Positions 1 through 11,172 of a stretch of DNA of 33,063 bases are shown here, one piece after another. Origin of the DNA: Intoshia linei. Lineage: Eukaryota; Animalia; Orthonectida. The notes beneath the pieces were generated by a model. That model was not told the DNA's origin. It was given only the letters and a program-made list of their open reading frames with translations, and ran no database searches. Within the stretch, counting starts at the first letter, position 1. Every line of letters begins with the position of its first letter. A program made the translations under genes and the position numbers. The DNA lies in the NCBI GenBank assembly GCA_001642005.1, contig LWCA01000297.1:1-33063 (forward strand), read 5' to 3'.

Positions 1-224
1 TCACAATTATCATTCAATTTCAATAGTAATAATGGTGTTCCTAAAATTAAAAAAACGTAATTCTTCTGAACGTCCAAAAACAGGAGTTAGTGATTTTAAA
101 GTGTCAAAAAATTTATTTATTTTTGAGAATTACAAAAATGTGATAAAAGTTTGGAGAAAATTAAACATTGACAAAAAACTGAACTATATATTACAGAATT
201 CAACTGTCCAAAAGTATAATTTAT

Positions 225-557
225 AAAAGCTTTGAATGATTTCAAATTAGTTGTCCAAGCTTGTTTTGGCACTCTCTTAGCAATAGATTACAAAATATAA
301 ATTGAAAATTTTCGAAAGAGCTACCTGAACTTAAACATAAAAATCACCCAAAATTACATGCTGTATTTTTTCACATAACAGATTTCTGTGACCAAAAAAA
401 TTCAAGTCTTGGTTATTGGTCTAAACAAGCATCAGAGGCAGTACATGCAAATTTCAAAAAAACGTGAAATAAATACTCAGTTTCTCAAGTTAATGTAGAT
501 AAATGTTGTCAGCAGCTCCTAAAATCGGCACAAGACTATGCTAGCAAGCATATCTAA
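225..557 (+). pseudogene. Decayed C-terminal fragment of a DDE transposase with RAG1/Transib/Chapaev-like motifs
   Basis: Manual translation gives ALNDFKLVVQACFGTLLAIDYKI*IENFRKSYLNLNIKIT, a frameshift near 347, then PKLHAVFFHITDFCDQKNSSLGYWSKQASEAVHANFKKT*NKYSVSQVNVDKCCQQLLKSAQDYASKHI* (TAA 555-557). The T-x-K-x-H-x4-H and G-x-W-S-x-Q-x-x-E motifs parallel RAG1 TNYFHKTLAH and GAWASEGNE. Two in-frame stops and one frameshift. The 5' boundary is approximate. Confidence 0.65.
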
Positions 558-854
558 TAATTTTCTTCTACTCACCATAAGTTTTTTAATTTGAAATGTT
601 AATAAATTTTTTGCTCAATATTCACTGATACTGAGATTATATATATTAGTATATATTATATTATACATATATGCTATTTCAAATAACTTTTACAAGATGT
701 TTAAAGTCTTTTAAAATTAAAAAAATTTGAATTCAAAAGTTTTAAGACATTGAAATCTCCATCTATTTAAATTTTTGGAGAAAAATATACATTTTTGACT
801 TTTACTCAAAAACGGTACTAAGAATTTTTTTAATTTTTTTTAAAAATAATTCTA

Positions 855-1250
855 CTAAACCTTATGAGAAAAATCCATTTAATCAACCCACAAAATAAAA
901 AATTTAATTTTAAACGCTTAAGAAAAAATTCTGTTTTTTCCGATATTTTTTTGAAAAGCACGAATTTACCAAAACTTATAATAAAAATTTTTTATTCCAA
1001 CCACAAAATAAAAAATCTTATTTTAACAACCCTCAATTAAAAAATCTCTTTTTTCCGATATTTTTTTGAAAAGCACGAATTTAATAACGCTTAAGGAAAT
1101 ATCATTTTTCTAATATTTTTTTGTGAAAAATCCGATTTTACCTAATCTTATGAACAACAAGTTCCTATTCCAAAACGCAAAATAGAAAATCCAATTTTAT
1201 CAACCCTTAATGGAAAAACCCTTTTTTCCAATATTTTTTTGAAAAACACG
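855..1250. repeat. Degenerate array of ~30-bp units (repeat family B type) with a higher-order ~115-bp duplication
   Basis: Repeated AACCCT(T)AA..GAAAAATCC..TTTTA units. TTTTCCGATATTTTTTTGAAAAGCACGAATTTA occurs at ~937 and ~1051. The 21-mer CAACCCTTAATGGAAAAACCC is identical at 1201-1221 and 21339-21359. Confidence 0.7.
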
Positions 1251-3232
1251 ATCACACCTTATCTGTGAAGAGATACAGTATCAATAAATTTATTTTTGCG
1301 TATTTATCTTCAGCATCTCAGCTAGCAATGGAAAGCAATGATTAAATTTTTTTTAAAAGCTTCGTCTTTCCAATTTAGAAATTTTTATAATATTGTAAAT
1401 TATTTTTTTATTTTTTAATTAATTTGAATCTAAATATGTAAATTATCTCCTCTCTATGATTACTTCCTCTGATGTGTAAACCAGAGCTCAAAATTCCACA
1501 ACAGAAACCCAGCCTCAGTAACTCAGGATATTTTTCTAAAATAGAAGCTTCGTTTTTCAAAATTGAACATTTAAAAAAATAATATTTTTCAAAGTTATAT
1601 CTTATAACTGCGTTAAATTAAAAATGTTAGTCCTCACCATTGCAATGACCAGGAGCAATATGGCATAATTCATACGATTTTAGGGTTTTGTTTTTATTTT
1701 TGGAATTTTTTATTAACACTAGGACCTGCTGATTAAGTTTTCTTTATTTTGCACATTTTCCATCATTTTAAAACAACTTAGTTAAAAATGATACTTTTTT
1801 TAAACGTTTACTATTTTTACATTAATTATAATTGATATTTTATCGGTAAACTGCGATACATGATACAAAAAATATTATATACTCTATTAAAATGCATTAA
1901 TTAACTTTGTTACCATCACAACATATTTTTATCAAATCTAATTACAATTTAAATATGGTAAATTTTATTAATAATGATTTTGATATATAAGAACTATGTG
2001 GTTATTTTGACAACTATCCAATTTCAAGGCCAAAGTTTCCAATAAAAATTTCCTTACTTTTCACTAATTTTTTTTGTTTGAATCATGAGTAGTGTTGTCA
2101 AATTTATCAAAATAATATATTTAAAAAAAATGATTAACCAATACGTTATTACATTATTATTGTAATTATTAAATATATTAATATCTAAATCATTTTTCAA
2201 GTACAGTAATGTACATTAGTTTAATATATTAAATTTTAGAAACTATATACAATAAAAATATAATATAAAAAACTCAATCAAAAACATAAATATAAAGTAA
2301 AATGTTAACATGTATAAAATGAACCAATAAAGAAATTTGAAAGAAAATTAATGCAACACAATGTGCCAAATTATACAAAAGTAATTGTTTAATTACTTTT
2401 TTTAAAATATTCCTACTATTTTAATTTTTTTGATAAACCAGTGAATATCATAATATCTATTACAAACAAGTAATTGTCATTTATGAAACTGGAATTTATT
2501 TATGATAAGTTGTTTTAATCGAGCGAAAAAAATTATTAATATACAATATAAAAAGTATTGTATCAAATTTGGCGTATTAAATTTGGAAATGGTTTGAAAT
2601 TTACACTTAATTAACTCTTCCCTTTAAATAAATTGGTACATAATAGAATATGAAATGGAAGCAAAAGCAACTTGAAGCTCCAATTAGTTAAGTTAAAAAT
2701 ATATTGTATTTATATATTTATTTTACAAATTTTGTTTATGGTTCATTAACCACATTGAATTAAATGAATAAACTAAAATGCTATAATTAAAATGGAAAAC
2801 ACTCGTTGAAAATGTAACACAAATAAACTTGTCAATTTATTAACCGTTAATAATATCCATTAACATTTATGTTTAAAAATTGACAAAGTAATTATTCGAT
2901 TAATGTCGGTAGATGTGTAATACTTTTATTTTTAATTTTATTTAGTTATTTATATAGTTAATGTAAAAAAATATTAAAAAACCGTTTAAAAAAATTAATA
3001 TTAATTAATAAAAATAATTTAAAAATTTTATATAAATTTATACATTTAATCTTGGATATTATTATAAATTTATGATTTATATAATCATGTGGGAATCATT
3101 TTGTTAACAGTATAAATATTCAAACGGGTTGAAACTAAACCATCGATGAGACTTATATTTCAAAATGTCACATTTGGCAATGTCAATCAATTTCTAATAG
3201 ACTGTCTATAAAATTAAACTTTTTAATTTTAA

Positions 3233-5067
3233 ATGTACTCTTTTGTATTTTTGTTGTTTTTCCTTATCGCAAAATTCACCTGTCAAATAGTTGACAGTGT
3301 AAAACATGAAGAACATGGAACAAATACAAATAAATTTGAATATTTAAATAATAGACAATCAAGAAGCGAATATAAATGTATCGATATACCAAAATCTCTT
3401 AAAATTTGTCAAAATTTGCCTTATAAACGTATGAAAATGCCAAATATGTTTGGAGACGATAATATTAATGTTATTGTTGAAAAATTACAAAGTTGGCAAC
3501 TGCTAATGGTAAAACCCTGTCATCCGCATGCTAGATTATTGTTGTGTGCCATTATTGCACCCGTATGTGTAGATTACAAATTGTTGCCGTGTCAATCTTT
3601 ATGTTATAGTGTTAAACAGAGTTGTGAACACGTCATGAACTCTTTCGGGTTTAAATGGCCCGATAATTTCAAATGTCAATATATGCCACCAGATAATGCA
3701 TTATGTCTTTATGCGCCACCAGGTTCATTTTTATTTAAATTAATTTAGATTTATCATGTGGTGTCTTGTAATTTAATTTTTTAAGCAATAAATGTATTCA
3801 TGCCGTGGAGAACCAACAGTGGCCCAGACTCGGTTAACATAATAGGCTCGTTTATATAAAAAAAACTTTGTTCCTTGATACATTACTTTGTTCAGTAATT
3901 GCCAAGCTTTTTTCAGTGTTACCTAAGGCAGTCTGAATCATTTTACAAAATTTAAATAAATACCAAGAAATTTTAGTCAATGTAAAAAATATTATTTCAT
4001 AGTAAATTTAGCTCAAAAGACATCAGAATGTAAAACATGTTTAACGAGTAATAGCAAAACTATTTACGAACTGATTAGAACAATTATATGTGGAGCGAGT
4101 TTTGGTAATATTTAATGACTGACGTTTTAAAATTAACTAATAAATTGAAGTTAAAAATAAAAATTTAAATTAAAGAATTTTTCTTCGTGCGGCCCACGAA
4201 AAAACTAAATGTGACGTGTGACCCGTTGCACGAAAAGGGGTGGCCACCTCTGGTTTATATCAAGTGTCGTACCTTTTGCATTTCGTGGGCCACTTTTTTA
4301 TATAAAAAATTCCACGAGCTCGTTTTTGAAAATTTAAACGCTAAATTATAATTTTAATTGAAGAGAAACGATTCTAGTATATTCAACAAAATAAATTCCA
4401 GGGCGACTTAAAAATTCAGTATTAAAATGATTAAATGAACCAATTGTAGTAAAAAATGTTTAAAACGGTGTTTAAAAGCTGAAAAATAAATAATTTACAT
4501 ATTTACTCAAAGGCTCACCAAAATTATTCTGTGGGCCACTGATTGCCGACCCCAGGTTTACATGGATATATTAATTATAATTTTAATTGATTGTATTAAT
4601 TTTTAGTTATTAAAACACGTTTGATTCCATTAAAAGACAATATACTGCATCTACAATACAAAACAATAAATAAAACTATAGAAAATCCGTCAGATTACAT
4701 TGCATACATTGCCAAAAATTCTCAATTAATAAAACAAATATCGCACGAACCACTAAATCAATATTCAAATTTTTATTATTCAGATAAAATTGTATATGCC
4801 AAATTGCTCGATAAAAAAAATTCTTGCACATGTCATAAACATTTTGTAGAAAATACAATAAACCCCAAATTGAGTTATTTTATGATTGTAAAGGGAATAT
4901 CAATGAAAGGTAATGGAATTACAATTTTTCAAATACAAGATTTAATTCCAATAAAAAAACATACAAGGCTATTATTTTACGGATTGAATCTAAGAAAATT
5001 TTTACGTAAAATACGAAAAATAAACGTTTACACAAAAAAACACAAAAGAAAATATGTAAAGTGTTAA
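3233..5067 (+). CDS. sFRP: Secreted frizzled-related protein, sFRP1/2/5 type (signal peptide + Frizzled CRD + netrin/NTR domain), ~347 aa, 3 exons
   Basis: Exons 3233-3722, 4012-4104 (alternative in-frame acceptor gives 4003) and 4607-5067, all GT-AG and phase-consistent. Hydrophobic N-terminus and a 10-Cys CRD (CIDIPKSLKICQNLPY..MPN..CHP..LC..APVC..PCQSLC..VKQSC..FGFKWP..C..C). Exons 2-3 give the NTR pattern ECKTC...ICGASF|VIK...CTC...C*. No transmembrane segment, so not a Frizzled receptor. Confidence 0.88.
4185..4556. mobile_element. hAT-like MITE termini in sFRP intron 2 (a right end at ~4252 and a degenerate element ~4260-4556)
   Basis: GC-rich ends AAAAGGGGTGGCCACCTCTG (ending ~4252) and GTGGGCCACTGATTGCCGACCCCAGG (ending ~4556), with repeated GGCCCAC/GTGGGCC motifs. 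These resemble hAT MITE ends of the CAGGGGTC/GG..AAC..GGCCC type. Confidence 0.5.
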
Positions 5068-5093
5068 TTAAAATTATTTTTACAGATGCGTGA

Positions 5094-8000
5094 TTACAAT
5101 ATATAATCCAATTCATATCTAATGTAAGTATTTTTCCCGTCGTTATTGATTCTAGGGTAATGAGCAGTTAAAGCATCTTGGGATCCAATGTAAATATTAT
5201 TATAAACTCTCCAATGAACGTCTCGAACTTTTCTGGCAGGATGGAATAGTCCTTGAATACAATATTGCATTAGAATTTGTGGGCCGATACCGAGTCTAAA
5301 TCCTTCTATTGATAGCATAAAGGCTTGTACAACATGTGGAGAAACTTCGTAAATATTGGGCCACACGTAGTTTAACAGGTGAATTAGTGCATCTTCGCAG
5401 TTAAAACCATAAACTCCTAAAGCCAAGTGACCTATTGAAGACATGGCTGTTTGCCTGTGAACCAAATCTCTTTCCATAAGAGCATCTTCCAATAGTGGAA
5501 CAATAGCGTAAATGTAATCTTTTGCCATTTCGCCAATATATTCAAACATGAAACTCAGCGATTTTAATACACCGTTCTGTACATTCATTTCATGCACTCT
5601 GTATTCGTTAAGCAAAGCAGGTAGTACGGTAAAAGGAGCACATGTTTCAGACACTATAGCAATTGCTACAGTCGTGCATACACGATTTTGTCTTTCCTGT
5701 ACTTTTAAATTATTTAACAGGGTAGCTAAAACATCGTGTGGACCTATAGCTTTAGCAATGTAACCAAATGTATTCACTGTTGCTCGTCTGATAGATTTCT
5801 TGTGTGCTTTTAATAATTCCAACAATTCAAAGCAAATACGCATCCATTCTCGAGCTGGAACAAACTCGGAACCTCTATCTGCTATTCTTCCAACTAAATC
5901 TATACAATTTTCTTGTACCTTTTCATGTCTATTTTTAAGAATTGGTGTTAGTCTGGGTAAAAGATCCTTTATGGGTGGACTCATTTTTGTCATTCCTATA
6001 ACACTTACAATAGCTCTCAAACCACTTAGTATACTTCCAAGTACTTCAGGATACTCTTCACCGAGATATTCATACAAAACGACTCCCAAATGACCCATTA
6101 ATTTTTCTTCTTGACAAACTTTAATTACGTTAGCAATTCTAGAAATCAAATCAGCGGCCTGTTGTCTGACTTTTGCAGATTTATTATTCAATCTCCATAA
6201 AATGGTCGCACAAATTTGAGGTAAATAGGGTTTTACTCGTATTCCTAAGCTATTAACAATTGCTCCAAATCCATCCAAAACACCATCATCCTAAATAAAT
6301 AATAAATAAACAATTAAAAAATGTATTAATTAATTAAACTAGTAATTTTATAATTTGAAGAGATTAATACGTTTTTAATTTTAAATTAATTTTAAAAGTT
6401 CAGTTAATTTTTAAATAGCCAAAAAACGTATAATCACCAGTAATTTTTTATATAAAAAATTACATCGGCGTTTTGTTCTTGAAAAGCGTACAGAATTCCA
6501 TCAATCAATTGTTCTTCTAATCTAGCATCAATATGATCAGATCCCATTTCCGTCATGAGACAATCAATAGTTTCAATAATCATTTTCCTGTAATGTTCAT
6601 TTTCGTCTTTGAGGTCATTAACAATCCTATCAATAATATCAGCCGATCCAACTTTACCTCCAATTTCTACTGTAGTTTCAACTAACTGTTTGTAATTTCG
6701 TTTATCCAAAGACATTCTTTGGTTCCAAAAAGATTTAAAAAAAGGTGGCATGATATCATTTCTAATATAATCTGCTTCGACACCATCTGTGGAACAACAT
6801 TGTTTAACTACTTTTAATACAATTTTTTTCATTTCTTCGTCTGGTGATTGAAATTCTCTAACCAAAATAACCATTACTTCTCGAGTGTAATAATTTGCAT
6901 ATTCTGCATCCATAAGTGGAATTAAATAACCAATGGCTTTTAAAAATGCAGCCAAACCCTAAATTAAAATTAATATAAAAGTGGAAATAATCATTGTATT
7001 GCGGTCTTGCGGAGGGGTCTCAGTTACGGTAGACTTGGTCCTAGAAGAATATATGAAAAAATTTGAACAATACTGATTTAGAAATAAAAATTTTAAATCA
7101 AATAATATATTTAATACACAATCAATTAGTGATTAATCTGATTTATATATTACAAAAAAGTGTCCACGACAAAAAAAATTTGGCAAATCCCACTCTAATA
7201 AAACGTTATGAGTAGTGTTGTGCACTTGTCCCACTTATAAATAAAATAACCATAAAGTCATGTATCAGACAATCCACCTTTTTAACGTTGTGAGCTCCAT
7301 AAATAAATTTATCAACAATGATTACTTTTTTTCACCTCTAGAATTGTGTATTCTGAATGATCCAGGCACCCAGTTGACAATGTCTGATATACATTACACT
7401 AGCATGACATGACACTAGCTGATAACACTACATTAATCATTTACTATTAAAAAATTGAATGTCTGTGTCTGTTACCGTTTATTTAAAAAATTATCAGCCT
7501 TAGAATTAAAAAAACACAATTTCTAATACAGTGGTTCGAGAGTGGTGTCTATATGTCACTTTTATATCATTTTTCAAAAATGAGTCATTGAAGGTCAAAA
7601 ACCCAATTCACCCTTTTTTTAAAAATAAATCAGCCCAAAATTTTTAACAACACAAATTCTGGGACGCATTTTATTATCTTTAATATTTTCGTAAATTTCA
7701 GCTTCAGAAACGTACAAATCTTTAAAATCTGCGAATATTCAGTTGAACGACCTAATCATCGCTTTTGTTAATTAATGATAATATTTATTTTTTGACAATA
7801 TTTTTGTTGTTTATTTAATGACAACGACCAAGATTTTGTAGAAGAAGAAGTTTAAAGAGATATTTTTAAAGATTTTGGGACCATAATTTTTTATAGGAAG
7901 TTTTTTCTCATCCAATTTTTAAAGATTTTGAAGAAGATATTTTATAAAATTTTATGGGACTTTTAAAATGTTTAAAAATTGGGTGAAAAAAGTGTTCTCT

Positions 8001-10853
8001 TAAAACCCTAAAAACAATGACACCCAATTAACACACATAAATATTTTCATTCTACTAAAGATACCTTCATGATAAAAAAGTAGATTTTTGTCTTCATTTA
8101 AAAACATTTTCGTAGAAAAAAAATACTATTGTAAATAAATTAAAATTGAAAAAACCTTTCCACTATGAAGTCTTATACCCTTCCAAAGAGGTTTTAAAAC
8201 CGTGTCGAAAGATTCAATACCATACGGACTAGAAGCTTCGGCTAAACCAGCAAGTGCCAATGCTGTTATAGTTCTAACTTTCTGTTGAGTATCAACGAGT
8301 CCTAAAATTGAAAATAAAAAATATAAAAAAACTATACCATGTTCAATAATTTCGACTAGTGATTTTAAATAAGGTAAAATGGCGCAACCCACTAAAATTG
8401 CCACCTGCTGAACAATTTTAATACCAGTATGCCTTGCTTGCCACGATTTTTGACTTTTACAAACAGCCTTCAAAAATGGCAACATGTTTGGAATCCCGAG
8501 AGCTGAAGAAACCACCGCAAATGCTCGAGCAGTGGTATTTCTAACATATTCGTCATTATTATCAATATCTGGTCGCATAGTAGATATCATAGTAGCTAAC
8601 CCTGCAGCTTTAGCTAAATTGGAAATAATTTCTCTTCCCTCCACACGAGCATAATAATCTTCATCAATCAACAGAGGTTCAATAACAACCAAAATTTTGT
8701 GTACATAAGGACGTACTAAATCATCCAATTTGTATAAAATTCGATCAATAACTTTAACCATCAAATGGCTTTCCTGTTCTTCAAGAGTTGGAGACATGAG
8801 TAAAGGTAAAATAATGTTAAAAAGAGCTGCAGCTCCATAAGCTCTAGCATTTTCAGTAATATGCCGCATAGCAGACTAAAAAAGTTAATCAAATTGAAAA
8901 TAAAAAAAGTACCTTCCGCATTTGAGGTGTACCATTTTTAATTTTAACTAATAATTGCATAATTTTACGATCTCTTTTTTCTTCGTGTGTTAAACTGTCC
9001 TCATCGACATCAACCTGTAAATTATTTAGTCTAGAAAAGAAAATAAAGCATACCATACATCTGGCTCAGTTGGATTGTAATCTAAAAAATTGTGTTAGTT
9101 TGGCACACACATGTGGCCTTACTACACTCATTTATCATCTTAATTAATCCAACCTTATCAAGAAAAATAATTACCAATAATGAATCAAAATATTGTAAAT
9201 CATCCGGCTTTAACATGGGCATATTTTCACCGGGCGGTTGCATATCAATTATGTGACGTTTTTGATCTGGAGTTTGAATTCTAAATCCAGCAGGTGTGCC
9301 AGCAATTGGTGTAGGAGTAGCCATTAATTTTCTGTTTGGAGTTCTAATTGGTATATAATTAACTGGAGGTTGAATAATTCTAAATCCGCTCGGAAATATT
9401 GTATCAAGATCTGCGTCAGTTAAATATCTATTTTTTTCATCAATTTCATTTTGAAGAGCATAGTTTTGCATCATGTCAGGAGTCATTACAACACGTCGTT
9501 CTGTTGCTGGTGTTCTCAACCCCATAGCTCGTGATCCAGCGGGTGTGGGACCAGAAGGAGTAAAACCTGGAGTAGATGGTGTTGACGGTGTATGCGCTCC
9601 GATAGGTGTTTGATCCCACCTCGATCTTCTCTTAGAATCTGGTGTTCTACTGGGAGTTCTACCCGAAGATTTTGGAGTATCTCTCACAGACGTACCAGCC
9701 CTCGGTGTCTCTCCCCAACTCATATCCGGTGTGTCCCTGTCAATTCTAGGCGTTTGATCCCATCTGTTTTTCCTCGATGATTTCGGAGTATCCGAAACAC
9801 CTGGTGTAGCATCCCAAGTTCTATTTACTGTATTTGGAGTGGATGCCATGGATACATTCATAGGGGTAACTGCGTCACTTATACTTCCTGGAGTAGACGG
9901 TTCAAAAGCTTTACTAGGTGTATCATATTGTTTTGGAGTGTCCTCCCATTTTTCACGAGAATCAATAATAATGCGTGTTCTCTGTCCAGATAAATGTTTT
10001 TCTTTTCTTTTATCTGATTTTACCTTACTTTCTAATTTACCCTCTTTAACTTTTTCAATAATTTTTTTTTGTATTTCTTTCTAAAAAATTTAAATTATAC
10101 TATATTTATAAATAAGAATATTCTTAAACCCAACCATTTTTACTTAAATCTTTTTTTCTATCAATTCACAAACCCCTATTGGAAAAATTCAGTCTTATCA
10201 ACCTAAAACCCGATTTTTTCATTTTAGGGTTCGTAAGACTGAATTTATCATTTTAGGGTTGGTGAATTTTGATTTTTATTAAAAATGGTTGTATTTAAGT
10301 AGACACCGTTTATAAATTATAATATATATAAAATTACAGATTCTTCAATTAATTTGGAATCATTCATAACGTCCGCATAAGTTCTTCTTTCTGAAGTTAC
10401 ATCCGGTGTCACAGCGTCTATATTAAAATGAATACAAATTAAACCAGAAATATATAAATACCCATTGCAAAAGGATCGTGACGGGTAGGTGACAGTTTTC
10501 TCGAACGACGACGACTTTGATATTCAGTTTCCTTGTCCATTTGACGAATTCGTTTATGTTTTGTGAATTCTTCCAAATCCTAAATTTAAACATATATGAA
10601 TAGAAACTAAATTTTTAAATTACCGGTCCTTCTTCTTTTTCAATTTCATCTATATAATCACTATATTTAGGCTTTTTGGCATTAGATTTGAATTTGTTAA
10701 TCTCATCTAGTTTTGATTTGGCTAAAATAAAAAATTTATTCTGATACATACAATATATGAATAAATCACGTGAGTTTTAACATATATACTGTATAATATA
10801 TAATGCATATAATCACAAATTTTAAAATGTATACCATTATCATTCGAAACCAT
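5094..10853 (-). CDS. SF3B1: Splicing factor 3B subunit 1 (SF3b155), ~1232 aa, 10 exons
   Basis: Exons on the minus strand: 10853-10835, 10721-10624, 10579-10462, 10417-10338, 10080-9175, 9014-8913, 8875-8338, 8301-8156, 6958-6464 and 6290-5094 (3699 nt, frame-consistent). RWDxTP/TP-rich N-terminal region, p14-binding EIDEKNR segment and near-invariant HEAT repeats ([60 protein letters not shown]). C-terminus [10 protein letters not shown]. The first two small exons are the least certain. Confidence 0.97.
10123..10307. mobile_element. Foldback/MITE family B copy in an SF3B1 intron
   Basis: Left end CTTAAACCCAACCATTTTTAC and inverted right end AAAATGGTTGTATTTAAGTAGACACC, with ~30-bp AACCCT/TTAGGGTT units inside. 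Same termini as the copy at 21.2-21.5 kb. Confidence 0.75.
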
Positions 10854-11172
10854 TTTGACAAAATGTAAATTGTACTATGAAATTAAATTTATTTAATTAC
10901 AACCAAGATATATTCTTGTTGACAAAGAATCATACATTTACATAATCAATTTGATGCTTTAGTTTATTTAGTTTTGTTATTAGTAATTATATTTACAAAT
11001 TTAATTTAATTAATTTAATTTTAATTTTTTTAAAAAATTTCAGATTCTCAAATTACAAATTGTAACAAGAGCACTGAAAGGGATTATTATTCAAAAATAT
11101 TTAATTTTTTCGTCTCGTTGATGCAAAATGAGAAAAAACACAAGCAAAAATTTATTCTATAAGATAATTTAG

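Noticed and set aside
32-226. 64-aa ORF at the window start
   Set aside because: Low complexity with no recognisable motif. It abuts the transposase relic and is not supported as an independent gene.
3723-3770. Possible 26-nt intron giving a CRD-only sFRP ending DLSCGVL*
   Set aside because: Shorter than any other intron in the window. The downstream exons give a complete NTR domain in the correct phase.
5056-5106. Possible 30-nt terminal intron in sFRP that would make its coding sequence overlap SF3B1
   Set aside because: It would remove the final Cys expected for the NTR domain and falls below the observed intron size range.
7260-7395. Imperfect inverted repeat and C/D-like boxes in the long SF3B1 intron
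   Set aside because: The box-like motifs are on the antisense strand relative to SF3B1 and I recognised no rRNA guide.
4676-10084. Antisense ORFs 4676-4858, 4919-5116, 5548-5763, 5800-6093, 9592-9780 and 9839-10084
   Set aside because: Shadows on the opposite strand of sFRP and SF3B1 exons, with no independent motifs.
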